DNA from: an uncultured Phycisphaerales bacterium
GTDB taxonomy: Bacteria > Planctomycetota > Phycisphaerae > Tepidisphaerales > Tepidisphaeraceae
Direction: 5' to 3'
Assembly: GCA_963758525.1 (NCBI GenBank)
Contig: CAVWVQ010000003.1
Location: forward strand, 3,264,001-3,328,000
Length of the DNA stretch: 64,000 bases
Numbering within the stretch: position 1 is the stretch's first letter; each line of letters starts with the position of its first letter. Positions 53,155 to 63,376 of this stretch are shown in pieces. The notes below the pieces were generated by a model. The model did no database searches and was not told the DNA's origin. It worked only from the letters and a program-made list of their open reading frames with translations. The translations under genes and the position numbers were made by a program.

Positions 53155-53851
53155 ATGCCTCAATGGCCCGCCACAGTCCTCTTTGATTTCGACGGCGTTC
53201 TCGTCAACAGCGAGCCGCTGCATTTCCAGGCGTTTGCCGAGGTGCTCAAGGCTGAGGGGATCGAACTGGGCGAGGAAGAATACTATCGGGAGCTGATTGG
53301 TTTCGACGACAAGGGAGCGTTCAGGCATCTCTACGAAAAACGCGGGATTCCGCTTTCGCCCAAGACGTTTCTGGCGCTGATGACGCATAAGAGCGAAGCG
53401 ATGATGGACCTGATTTATCGTCGGCAATTTTCAGCTCTCCCCGGTGTCGAGGAGTTTGTCCGCGGATTATGGCGCCGCCATCCCCTGGCGATCTGCTCGG
53501 GGGCGCTGCGATGAAATCGAGGCGATGCTGGAAGGGATCAGCCTGCGCGATTGCTTCTCGGTCATCGTCGCGGCGGAGGACGTCACCGTCGGCAAGCCCG
53601 ATCCGCAGGGATATCTCATGTCGGCCCGGCTGATGTCGGAGAAGATGAACCGGTCGCTCAAGCCTGCGGATTGCCTGGTTGTCGAAGATGCGCCGACGGT
53701 GATCCGCTCCGTGCGCGCGGCCGGGTTTCCAGTCCTGGCAGTGGCGAACAGTTATCCTTTGGAGAAGCTGACCGATGCCAACTGGGCGACGCCCACCCTG
53801 AAGATCGCGGATGTGCACCGGGCGATGCCAAGCTTGAAAATCGGCCCGTGA
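53155..53851 (+). CDS. HAD-family phosphatase; frameshift near 53510
   Basis: LFDFDGVLVNSEPLH, LAICSG, then GKPDPQGY, CLVVEDA. Confidence 0.9.
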
Positions 53852-53857
53852 GGTTCG

Positions 53858-54175
53858 ATGAAGTTCGGACGCCTCTTCCTCTCTCTGTTTCTCGTTGCAT
53901 CACTCTGGCACGCTGCGCTGGGGGCCGCGGCAAACCACTCATTCACTGCCCAGACCGTCCCGGCTTCGACAACGCCGGCCGATACGACCGATGCAGCGGA
54001 GATGATCCCGCGGCCAAGTCACTGGCCGGCGGTGGTCTTGAGCGCGTCCCTTGGTCTGTTTGTGATGGCTGCGATCATCGGACCGGTCGTCGCGGCGCAG
54101 GCTCGCGACAAAGACGCGCTCGTCGGGTCCAAGGGCGATCATCCGCCGCGAGCGGGCAGAACAAAAGCAAGGTGA
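53858..54175 (+). CDS. Small membrane protein
   Basis: Signal-like N-terminus plus one TM helix; GAGG SD. Confidence 0.6.
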   Translation: MKFGRLFLSLFLVASLWHAALGAAANHSFTAQTVPASTTPADTTDAAEMIPRPSHWPAVVLSASLGLFVMAAIIGPVVAAQARDKDALVGSKGDHPPRAGRTKAR

Positions 54176-54238
54176 TCGCGCCCGCGCAAAAGCAGCCGAT
54201 TCAGCAAGCGGAGATTCCGCTCGGGTCGGCGTTACCAA

Positions 54239-54916
54239 TCAGGTTCCAGTCGCGGTAGCAGGTCCGGGCATCGGCGCAGGTGAACTGACCGCCGGACGGG
54301 CCGCTGCAGGCGCAACCGGTCGCGGCGCGGCTGGCACTGCCGCGCGGGCGGGGATATTCATGCTGCTGCCGGTCTTGGGCTCGGGCGGGCGGGCGGTCGC
54401 CGGGTTTTTGTGGTCGGGCTGAAGGACCAGCGTCATTCGCTTCCCTTCCATCTTCGCGTCGCGCTCGACTTTGCTCACGAGAAACAATTCCGATTTGATC
54501 TTCGTGAACAGATTGCGTCCCAGATCCAGGTGCGCCATTCGCGCCCCTTGAAGCGCAGCGTGAACTGAACTTTGTTGCCTTCCTTGAGGAACTCGCGGGC
54601 GTGGTTGATCTTGATGAGCAGATCATGCTCGCCGATGCGGATGGTGTCGATGTTGAGCATCTTGAGCCGGCCCGCGCGAGCTGGCTCGCGACTTGTCTTC
54701 CTTCTTTTGCTGCTGGTATCGCCATTTGCCGTAATCCATGATTCGGCAGACGGGTGGGCGGGCGGTGGGAGCAACTTCAACCAGGTCGAGCCCGGCCTCG
54801 CGGGCCATGCGCAGCGCATCGGCAGTGGACACGACGCCAACCTGCTCTTCTTTATCGTTGATGAGCCGAACCGGAGAAATGCGGATCTGTTCGTTGTGAC
54901 GGAAATTCGTAGAAAT
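54239..54916 (-). CDS. infC: Translation initiation factor IF-3 (ATT start; several frameshifts, probably sequencing errors)
   Basis: [71 protein letters not shown] 9 nt upstream of ATT. Confidence 0.93.
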
Positions 54917-54991
54917 GGCCTGACACTCCTGAAAAAACTTCGGACTGCGCGCCGATCATCCGGTCACACCGGGGTGGATCGCACGGGTGAA

Positions 54992-55154
54992 GTACCCAAT
55001 CGCAAACGCGCCTCAGTCCTGAAAAGCCCGGCGCCCGCGAGTATCTGCCGAATGCGGAAGGTCTGCCACCAACAACATCGGACAGATCGGACCGTCTGCA
55101 TTCATCAGAACGGCTCCCGAAAGACGACGCCGTCCCTGCGCTGCAAATCGGCAC
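54992..55154 (-). ncRNA. Candidate rod-shaped structured RNA (6S-like or infC leader)
   Basis: Nested pairings GTGCC/GGTAC, GTCTT..GGGAGCC/GGCTTTTCAGGAC, TGAATGC/GCATTCG, TCTGTC/GGCAGA; begins 5 nt after a -10 box. Confidence 0.5.
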
Positions 55155-55159
55155 GTCTC

Positions 55160-55188
55160 ATAATGGTAAGCGAAATCCGCTTTGGCAA
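55160..55188 (-). promoter_or_regulatory. Sigma70-type promoter
   Basis: TTGCCA (55188-55183), 17 nt, CATTAT (55165-55160). Confidence 0.6.
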
Positions 55189-55300
55189 GGGGGAAAAGTT
55201 CGATTCCCAGCTATTTGGTCCGCACAGCGCGGAATTGCCCTAATCCGCTGATCCAACGGATTTTTCGCATTTCCAATACCCAGCGTATCTTCCGTCTAAT

Positions 55301-56135
55301 CTAATCCTTCGGAGATGCGGAGGTGTCGGCGCTGCTGGTGGCCGTGTCGGCGTCGCTGCGGAACGGGTTCTGGAGGTGAATCTTCGTCACATCAACCATC
55401 GGAATCGGCCCCTCGGGAATGATCGGCTTGGCCAGATCGCTCTCCGGCTTGAGCCCCGGTCCGGGAACCACGCCAATCTCACGCAGCGCCGCGTTGATCT
55501 CGTCATCCTTGTCATTCAGAGCGTACGCGTGACGCAACTCCGGATCGGCGTTCTGCACGTCCTTGAGCTTCATCAAATACAGGCTGTACTCCTTGGCGAT
55601 GTCAAAGTCCTTGCGATCGAGCAGGGCGGCCTGGCGGTATGCCTGAACGGCGGCGTCGGCGTCCCCAAGATGGCGATCGACTTTGGCGAGGAGGAAATAT
55701 TTCTCAGAAGTATCCTGGCCCTGCGCCACTGCCTGGGTCTCCGCCTGCGGATCGCCAGTGGCGGCCAGTGACTCCGCAAGCCCGTTGAGCGCCTTGAGCC
55801 GGAATGGTCGATCCATCGTTCCTTCCAGCGAACTGGGCATGATCGCCAGGCAGGTTTGGAATTGCTGAATGGCCTGGTGGTATTCCTTGTTTTGCGCGTA
55901 ACAGGCACCGAGGTAATAGTGCGAGCGATAATCGGCGGGATTCTGGCGAATCGCATTCCGGAACGCCCCGGCTGCGTCCGTGTAGTTCTGCTGATCGTAC
56001 AGTTCCATCCCCTTGTGCGCGCGACTCCTTCGCGTAGGTAATGACGTCCGAGCAACCGCCCAAGGCAATCATTGCGCCGATAGCCAACGAACCAACCGCA
56101 ACAATTCGAAACGAGAAAGAAGTGAACGTCTTCAC
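55301..56135 (-). CDS. TPR-repeat lipoprotein; frameshift near 56025
   Basis: Lipobox LGGC in one frame, followed by TPR helices (GMELYDQQNYTDAAGAF…HYYLGACY). Confidence 0.8.
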
Positions 56136-56259
56136 GGCTACCTCCCTGTAGCTAGGGTTTCCATTGCTCGCGTCGCGCGACGCAAAAAATGCCTGAACAA
56201 AAGTAGGTTAACGTTGGTCGCGGATTTTGCAAGGGGGGCTTGGGAAAGAAGGCACGGAG

Positions 56260-57757
56260 GGGTGTGACCATTTTTTTGGGAGGTCATGCGGCCTTTCGAG
56301 ATTCCCGCTCCCAGTAAAGGTCCCATTGGCCGCTTTCTCGCAGGGCCAGCAGGTTCATCATCGCTGCGGCGTTGTCACGGTCCCACTTCATGCCCGGCCG
56401 CTTGATCCGCAATGTCAGCGTTTTGCACGTCGCTTCGGTGGGACCTGATCCGATGTCCCATCCTTCACCCAGCGCCCGTCCATAGTTGAGCATCTCGCGA
56501 CGTTCCTCAATGTAATTCTGCAGACCACGCAGGCTTTGCTTCTTTGCCGGTGAACGAACTTTCTTCTCCAGGGCCGTGATTGCTTCCAGCATGGCGGGGA
56601 TGGCGGATTGCTTGGCCTCGGTCAGTCGATCATGGGCCCAGTCGCGGGCGGCTTCTCCTTCGCCCAGGCAAAGCCGCGCGGTGGCATGCACATGCTCGGC
56701 CAAGTGGTAAAAGTCGAGAAGGATCGCCTGCAAACAGAGCAACGCCAGGCAGACCTGCCGGTATATCCAGACCGCTCCGTCGAAGAGGCAGATGGTCTGG
56801 TCCGCCCGTTCAAAACCGATCTGCTTGGAATAGCTTGTCAGCAGCGGGGCAAAATCCTTGCTGAGCTTCTCAGTGGCAAACGCGTGGCGGTGGGTCTTGT
56901 CCTGATCGTAGAAGATGCCGATTTTCATCTCTTTGAAGCCCTCGTCAGTGCCAGGTTTTGCCGGCGGCAATGGCTTGGTGTTGTCCACCCCCGCCTTGCC
57001 CCTTTGCTGGCGGCGAGTGATGTGCTGCTGACGGCGCTTGTCCTTCTCCGCCTGCGTGACCGTTGGAGCCATCACCCCGTCGACGCCTCCGTAAATTCGG
57101 CTGCGCCCATCGGGCAGTTTCGCATCATCCGCCGACCACGCCGCGGGCAACTTGCTCTCGTCGCGAGCCTTGCGCACCTCTTTGCCTTCCGCTTCGGTGA
57201 TCTGACGCAGCCGCTCGCGGCTTACTGACAATCCAACGACTCGTACCAGGTCCCGGCATGATTGCTCAAAATCCTGCCCGATGGCCAGCAAACAGCACAG
57301 CTCTCGGGCACCCGGTGTCACATTGGACTTCTCAACACCCACCAACGCATCAGCCGGATACGTTCCGCCCGCTTCACCGCTCCAAAAATATTTGCGCTGC
57401 AGCCGCACTTCACCCCCGGCGGTGAGCACGTCCAGCCCGTGAGTTCCCTTGTTCTGCGCCTTGGCATGGCCCGGAGGGGGAAAAAGCCGCCGGTTTGGCG
57501 GCATCCAACTTCGCCTGCAAAATTCGCTCAAACGCCTGGGCAGTGAGCTTCTGAAAGACTTCGCGCACTTCCCATTCGCTTGCCGCGATCCACGCCCCGT
57601 CCGGAGCGCGCTGCACGGCGTCCATTGCCTGATCAAGAGATTGGTGGGATTGGTCCGTCAGTTCGCGCTTCAGCGCTTCGCGGTCCATAGCGGCCTCCAT
57701 GCCAAAAAGGGCGGAGCCAATGGAATTGTACCCTCTCCCAAAAAAATGGTCACACCC
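56260..57757 (-). mobile_element. Complete insertion sequence, ISKra4-like (1498 bp)
   Basis: Perfect 23-bp terminal IRs GGGTGTGACCATTTTTTTGGGAG (56260-56282 / 57735-57757); 9-bp direct repeat GGCACGGAG at 56251-56259 and 57758-57766. Confidence 0.92.
56284..57688 (-). CDS. ISKra4-like DDE transposase, two ORFs joined at TTTTTCCCCC
   Basis: VDGVM, FDGAVWI, LDFYHLAEH, IGSGPTEATCK, RIKRPGMKW; short upstream ORF ends …AAFSP over T5C5 (57476-57485). Confidence 0.88.
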
Positions 57758-57945
57758 GGCACGGAGGCACGAACGGAAGGGAAAAGGCACGTAGGGACGT
57801 AGGCACGTAGGCACGAAGGCACGAAGGGATCGACGCGGCTGAGGCCGCGAGCAAATGAGTTTTTGAAAACAGATGCCGCGCAGCGTCATCCCCTTCGTGC
57901 CTCCGTGCCTTCGTGCCTTTTCCCGTCCCTTCCCTTCCCTCCGTG
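57758..57945. repeat. GGCACG(A/T/G)A 8-mer inverted repeat array, interrupted by the IS
   Basis: ggcacgga/ggcacgta/ggcacgaa units mirrored by ttcgtgcc/tccgtgcc units; related cgtgccttcgtgcc at 1191-1208. Confidence 0.75.
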
Positions 57946-57987
57946 CATATTGCTGTCTCCTCCCGACATTCATATGATCCGTCCCGC

Positions 57988-58809
57988 ATGCCGCTCGGAA
58001 TTGTGGAAAAAGTTGGGTTTCAGGTCACCCTCAGGCTGGCGCAGCTGGGGAACTTCTTCAACTTCGTGTGGCGCACCTTCGTCTGGCTCGGCATGACGGC
58101 GTTCCGCGTCAAGACGTTGCGGCTGCTGCTGCCGCAGGCGTTTGAAGTGGGAGTGAAATCGGTGCCGGTCGTCGGGATCACCGGCGCGTTCATCGGGATG
58201 GTGATGGCGGTTCAAATGGTGACGCAGTTCAAGGCGATCGGTCAGGAAAGCCGCATGGGAGTGCTGATCAACCTCTCGGTGGTGAAGCAGATCGGGCCGG
58301 TCATGGCGGCGGTGATGCTTGCGGGGCGCGTCGGCGGGGCGTTGACCGCCGAACTGGGAACGATGCACGTGACCGAGCAGCTCGACGCGTTGCGGGTGAT
58401 GGGCTCCGACCCGATCGCGTATCTGGTCGTCCCGCGGTTTATCGCCTGCGTGTTGCTCACGCCCATCCTCACGATGTACAGCGATTTCATGGGCGTCATT
58501 GGAGGATGGTTCATCTCCACGTACTTCGAGGGCATCGCCAACGATGCCTACTGGCATTTCTCTGCCATGGGCGTCGGGCACTGGCAGATCCTGGAAGGGA
58601 TCGTGGTCAGCATATTCTTTGGCGCCGTGATCGGACTGGTCAGTTGCTACAAAGGATTCCACAGCGGCTCGGGCGCCAGCGGCGTCGGACGCGCCTGCAC
58701 GGAGAGCTTTGTCGCAAGCTTCATCGTCATCATGGTCATCAACTTCATCTTCGCGCAGATTTCACAGTCAATGTATTATCGGATCTATGGGGTGAAGGGC
58801 ATCTTTTGA
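57988..58809 (+). CDS. mlaE: MlaE-family ABC permease
   Basis: GPVMAAVMLAGRVGGALTAELGTM.VTEQLDALRVMG.DP..YLVVPR, GVGRA.T.SFV. Confidence 0.93.
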   Translation: MPLGIVEKVGFQVTLRLAQLGNFFNFVWRTFVWLGMTAFRVKTLRLLLPQAFEVGVKSVPVVGITGAFIGMVMAVQMVTQFKAIGQESRMGVLINLSVVKQIGPVMAAVMLAGRVGGALTAELGTMHVTEQLDALRVMGSDPIAYLVVPRFIACVLLTPILTMYSDFMGVIGGWFISTYFEGIANDAYWHFSAMGVGHWQILEGIVVSIFFGAVIGLVSCYKGFHSGSGASGVGRACTESFVASFIVIMVINFIFAQISQSMYYRIYGVKGIF

Positions 58810-58879
58810 GATGAACTGGCGCGACCGCACGCTTTGCTGAAGGTTTGTTGGTTTTTTCCCCACTCTCACCGCACCCATT

Positions 58880-59644
58880 ATGGCGCTGATCGAACTCCGC
58901 AGCATCGTCAAGCGATTCGGGCGGCAGCTCGTGCTGAACCATCTTGACCTGACCGTCGAGGAAGGGGAGTGCCTGGTCATTCTCGGCGCCAGCGGAAGCG
59001 GCAAGAGCGTCATCCTCAAGCATATCGTCGGCCTGCTGGAACCCGACGAGGGGGAAGTCTGGTTTGACGGCAAACGCACCGATCTGCTCAGCGAGCGGGA
59101 TTGGGTGCCGGTCCGCACTCAGTTTGGATTTCTGTTCCAGATGGGGGCGCTGTTCGATTCGATGACGGTCGAGGAGAACGTCGCATTCCCGATGGTGGAG
59201 CATTCCAAAATGTCGCCGGCGGAGATCGACGCGCGAGTGGGGCAATGGCTCGGACTGGTAGGCCTTCCGGAGGTGCGGAAGAAGATGCCAGGCGAACTTT
59301 CCGGCGGGCAGCGCAAGCGCGTGGGGCTGGCGCGGGCCATCGCGCTGGAGCCGCGCGTGATTCTGTATGACGAGCCGACGACCGGCCTCGATCCGATTCG
59401 TTCTGACGTCATCAACGAGCTGATTGTGAAAATGCAGCGGGAGCTGAAGGTGACCAGCATCGTCGTGACGCACGACATGCACAGCGCATTCAAGGTCGCC
59501 ACGCGCCTGGTGATGCTCTCGGAGGGGAAGCTGATCTTCAACGGCAGCGCGGAGGAAATTCAGCACACCAGCAATCCGGTCGTTCGGCGGTTCGTGATCG
59601 GCGAGGCTGACGAGAAAGAGCTGGCGACCATCAAGAGTCTGTGA
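58880..59644 (+). CDS. mlaF: MlaF-family ABC ATPase
   Basis: GASGSGKSV, LFQMGALFDSMTVEENVAFP, LSGGQRKRVGLARA, LYDEPTTGLDP. Confidence 0.93.
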   Translation: MALIELRSIVKRFGRQLVLNHLDLTVEEGECLVILGASGSGKSVILKHIVGLLEPDEGEVWFDGKRTDLLSERDWVPVRTQFGFLFQMGALFDSMTVEENVAFPMVEHSKMSPAEIDARVGQWLGLVGLPEVRKKMPGELSGGQRKRVGLARAIALEPRVILYDEPTTGLDPIRSDVINELIVKMQRELKVTSIVVTHDMHSAFKVATRLVMLSEGKLIFNGSAEEIQHTSNPVVRRFVIGEADEKELATIKSL

Positions 59645-59781
59645 GCGGCTTGCAACGCGCGCGACGCCCGCGAGAATCCGTTTGAATCACTTGCGCGAGC
59701 AGGCGCTCGCGCGAATCAAAGGCTGCCCACGGGGCAGATGCCAGACGCTCTTCGGAGGCGCGTGCTCGCGCAAGGTCATTT

Positions 59782-60771
59782 ATGTCTCCCCAACGCAGAA
59801 ACGTGATTGTCGGCGTGGTGGTGCTCGGCGGACTGGGCCTGCTGGTGTGGATGCTGCTGACGTTCGCCGGCGGCGCCGCGTCGATCTTCACCAAATCCGG
59901 ACTGACCGTCGCGCTGACGGCCGAGCGTGCCGATGGTCTCTCACCCGGGTCGATCGTGTACTACCGCGGCGTGGAGGTCGGGCGCGTGATGTACGTTCGG
60001 CTGCTGCCGGACAACGTGCATGTCGAGATCGGATTGGACGTGTTCAGCAATCCGCCGCTCCCGCGCAATCTGGTGGGGCTGATCCGAACCAACAGCGCCC
60101 TGGGTTCTGCCGCCGCGGTCACGCTCGAGCCCCAGGGGCCGCCCGACAAGACTCCGTTGCAATCAGGCGCGCAGCTGGTGGCGACGTACGTCGGGCTGGA
60201 GTTGTTTCCGCCGGAAATCACGCAGCTCGCCGGGCAGTTTCGCCAGCAGCAACTCGTGCTGCACCTCGACCAGACCGTGATGAGCATTCGCGAGCAGGCG
60301 GAGAAAGTCGGCGCGGTTCTCGACTCGGTGCAGAAGATCGTTTCCGACCCGAAGATTCAGGAACAGGTCCACGAGGCGATTGCCAACATCCACAATGCCA
60401 GCGAATCAGTCTCGCGCATCGGCGCGAAGTTTGAGAAGCTCACCGACAAGGTCGATACCGTCGTCGATAACGCCAACGGGACCATGACCGATTTGCGGGC
60501 AACCGTCGTCCATGCCAACGGTCATGTCGACGATCTTTCCCGCCAGATCGGCGACGACACCGAAAAGCTCGGCAAGGTGTTGGATCAGTTTCAAACAGCG
60601 GCGGCCACGCTCAACCAGGGGAAGGGAACCGCCGGCCTGCTGGTGAACGATCCGAAGCTGTACAACAGCCTCGTTGACACGGTGAAGACGCTCAACGCCA
60701 CTGTTTTGGATCTCAAGCGTGTCATCGATCAATGGGAACAGGAAGGCGTTTCACTGAAGATGGGGAAGTAG
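59782..60771 (+). CDS. mlaD: MlaD/MCE-domain protein with helical extension
   Basis: N-terminal TM, ADGLSPGSIVYYRGVEVGRV, GKGTAGLLVNDPKLY. Confidence 0.9.
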   Translation: MSPQRRNVIVGVVVLGGLGLLVWMLLTFAGGAASIFTKSGLTVALTAERADGLSPGSIVYYRGVEVGRVMYVRLLPDNVHVEIGLDVFSNPPLPRNLVGLIRTNSALGSAAAVTLEPQGPPDKTPLQSGAQLVATYVGLELFPPEITQLAGQFRQQQLVLHLDQTVMSIREQAEKVGAVLDSVQKIVSDPKIQEQVHEAIANIHNASESVSRIGAKFEKLTDKVDTVVDNANGTMTDLRATVVHANGHVDDLSRQIGDDTEKLGKVLDQFQTAAATLNQGKGTAGLLVNDPKLYNSLVDTVKTLNATVLDLKRVIDQWEQEGVSLKMGK

Positions 60772-60995
60772 GGCGGCTCGTCTGGTTCGTCTCCCTCCCG
60801 CGCACATCGGATTCGCGAAAGCAGCCGCGGATGTACATCCGCGGCTCCGAGCAGTTGGCGCCAAGTTAGACGGGGTTTGCTCTCATCGCGATTTCTGGAT
60901 CACAGGCCGCTCGTCTGCGACTACAATAGTTTCCTTGCGATCGCTCGGAACGGTTTTGAGCCGATCGCGTGTCAAACGCGGGAAGGAAACAGATC

Positions 60996-61370
60996 ATGAA
61001 GATTCGTACGTTTTTGTCGGGAGCGGGATTGTTGCTGGCGGCCTTGGTTGCGGGCTGCACCTCAAGCACGGAGCAAGGCGTCAAGAGCGACTACCACACC
61101 CAGTGGACCATGGTCGCCGCCGACACCAAGACCACGACGGATGCAGCCAAATCAGTTTTGGAAGCCAGCGACTTGAAAGACGTCACCGCCAGTTCGACCG
61201 CTGTCGATGGCATGGCCGCCGGAATGAAAGCCGACGGGAGCAAGGTTGAGGTCACCATCGCCAAGACTGATGTCGGCAGCAAGGTTTCCGTCACCGTTGG
61301 GACGCTGGGCGATCCGGCGCTTGGCGCATCCTACGCCGCGCAGATCAAGCAGAAGGCCGAATCGAAGTAG
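60996..61370 (+). CDS. Lipoprotein (DUF3568-like)
   Basis: Lipobox VAGC; tail SKVSVTVGTLGD…I; AAGGA SD. Confidence 0.7.
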   Translation: MKIRTFLSGAGLLLAALVAGCTSSTEQGVKSDYHTQWTMVAADTKTTTDAAKSVLEASDLKDVTASSTAVDGMAAGMKADGSKVEVTIAKTDVGSKVSVTVGTLGDPALGASYAAQIKQKAESK

Positions 61371-61500
61371 ACACGCGGCCGCATGGAGCCGATGCAGAGG
61401 TCCGTAGAAGAGCCTTTAAAGCACGTCGTGAGGCAACTCGCATCGCGGCTCTTCCGCGGACCTTTTGCGCGCTTCAACAGTCCCAACGCCGGTTTGCTTC

Positions 61501-61576
61501 GTGTAGCCGGCGAGCATGCTCGCCGATTGTTCCCGCAACCAAGAAAAAGCCGGCGAGCCATGCTCGCCGGCTATAC
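61501..61576. repeat. GTAG-type REP doublet between convergent genes (may also act as a terminator)
   Basis: gtagccggcgagcatgctcgccg … gccggcgagccatgctcgccggctatac. Confidence 0.75.
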
Positions 61577-61606
61577 GTGCCTATGAGTTTTGCCCAGTGA
61601 TCCGCG

Positions 61607-61978
61607 TCAGGCGGCTTTCACACCGACCAGAAACGGCCGCGCCATCTCCACGATCGCGTCGAACGCGGTCGGATCGCTGATGGCCAATTCGCTGAGCATC
61701 TTGCGATTCAGCTCGATGCCGGCGGCAATCAGCGCGGGAATGAATCGGTTGTAGGGAATTCCCTTCTCGCGGACGGCGGCGCTGAGCCGGCTGATCCAGA
61801 GGGTGCGGAAGTGCCGCTTGCGCTGACGGCGATCGCGCGTCGCGTAAGCGGCGGCCTTGCGGGTGAACTCGATGGCCTGGCGATATTGCGTGCCCGGGCC
61901 GCCGCGGAATCCGCTGGCTCGCTTGAGGACGCGCTTCCGTTTGCGAAGGTGCGGGGGACCGCCTTTAGTGCGTGGCAT
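61607..61978 (-). CDS. rplT: 50S ribosomal protein L20
   Basis: KRVLKRASGFRG, YATRDRRQRKRHFRTLWISRLSAA, LNRKMLSELAI. Confidence 0.97.
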   Translation of the reverse strand: MPRTKGGPPHLRKRKRVLKRASGFRGGPGTQYRQAIEFTRKAAAYATRDRRQRKRHFRTLWISRLSAAVREKGIPYNRFIPALIAAGIELNRKMLSELAISDPTAFDAIVEMARPFLVGVKAA

Positions 61979-62101
61979 GAAACTGACTCTCTTTCAATGA
62001 CTTCTCTGATGAACAAGCGTGAGTACGCTCGTTCAAAATATAACGCTGCTTCCGGGCCGGCAGCTCACCGAATCGCAAAAGCCAACTCGGGCACATTCGG
62101 T

Positions 62102-62374
62102 TTACGCAGCCGGCGCGGCGGCCTTCTTCTTGGCCGCAAGGGCCCGCTCGTGCGCCGTCTTCAGTGGTTTGAGCGCGCTGACGCCCATGAGCTGTCGGAA
62201 ATTCCGCGCGTGGCCTTCCGCCAGGATCGCCGGGCGGCGCAGGATCCGCCGTTTTCCGGCGGGGCGGGCGCTCATCAGGTGGGAAGTGAAGGCATGGTGC
62301 CGCTTCAGCTTCCCGGTCTTGGTCACCTTGAACCGCTTGGCGACGCTCTTATTGGGCTTGAACTTGTAACCCAT
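62102..62374 (-). CDS. rpmI: 50S ribosomal protein L35 with Ala/Lys-rich C-terminal extension
   Basis: KFKPNKSVAKRFKVTKTGKLKR.HA.TSHL; upstream of rplT. Confidence 0.93.
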   Translation of the reverse strand: MGYKFKPNKSVAKRFKVTKTGKLKRHHAFTSHLMSARPAGKRRILRRPAILAEGHARNFRQLMGVSALKPLKTAHERALAAKKKAAAPAA

Positions 62375-62584
62375 CACGTTTCCTCAAAAAAAAACACCCC
62401 TCCATCGGGGGGCGGGAATACTAACAGGCGGCGGCGAGAGAGTCCAGCAGGCCGAAGCAATCGCGTAATTGTTCCTAATCATTCGCCTGCGAGAGCAGTT
62501 CAAACCTGACGCCCAAGGGTCGCCCAGCAATTTAGATAGCGGGCTGATCTTGGCTGGTGGCATAACACGGGGTACAACGTCAGT

Positions 62585-63330
62585 GTGGTGGACGCGCCTG
62601 TAATACTTCCCGTCAGGCTGTATCTGAAACGGAACTTTGGCGCCCGGGAGAATGGGCGCGGCGGGTTCACCCTCGTGGAACTACTGTCGGTCCTCGGCAT
62701 CATCGCCTTGTTGATCGCCATGTTGCTGCCCGCCTTCGGGCGGGCGCGAGAATTGCGCGGCGCACGCAGTGCCTGAGCAACATCCGCCAGCTCGGGCTGG
62801 GGTTGATCATGTATGCCAACAATCACAAGTTGGTTCTGCCTCGCGGCGCACTCAGCGCCGGTGCTCAGAACGATGATTGGATCTACTGGCAGTCGAACCG
62901 CAAGCTCAGCGACTCGATGATCGCCCCCTACCTCGACGTCGGGACGCTCGCCAGCGTCTTCCGGTGCCCGTCCGATGATCTCTCCTTCCGCGTTCGCGGC
63001 GGGGCCAATGCCTACTTCTACAGCTACTCGAGGAATTCGCTCATGCAGGAGATCAAGCTGACGTCCATCCGCGCGTCGGCCGGCAAGATGCTCCTGTATG
63101 AGGAAGCGGCCGAAACCATTGATGACGGGTACGGCACGCCCCAGCCTGGCGGCTCAATCAATCTCCTGTCCATCCGCCACGATTCGAGCCGCCAGAATCC
63201 CGACAACGTCACGACCGGGCTGACCCTCAACGGCGCTTGCCGCGGCAATGCACTCTTCTGCGACGGACATGCCGAGTACATCGACCGCAAGACCCTGCAC
63301 AGCCAACCCGTCTACGATCCAAATTATTGA
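62585..63330 (+). CDS. Prepilin-type N-terminal cleavage / DUF1559-like protein with H-X9-DG motif; frameshift near 62755
   Basis: [29 protein letters not shown], then [26 protein letters not shown]. Confidence 0.88.
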
Positions 63331-63376
63331 ATTGAAGTTGGATGAAGCAGATCTTTGCTTTGCCGGCAACATGCCC

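Noticed and set aside
54239..54916. infC as a pseudogene or programmed-frameshift gene
   Set aside because: It is an essential gene with several breaks, not at slippery motifs, in a window full of similar indels.
57758..57945. CRISPR array (also considered for 938-1175)
   Set aside because: The units are 8-12 nt, degenerate and inverted, with no unique spacers and no cas genes.
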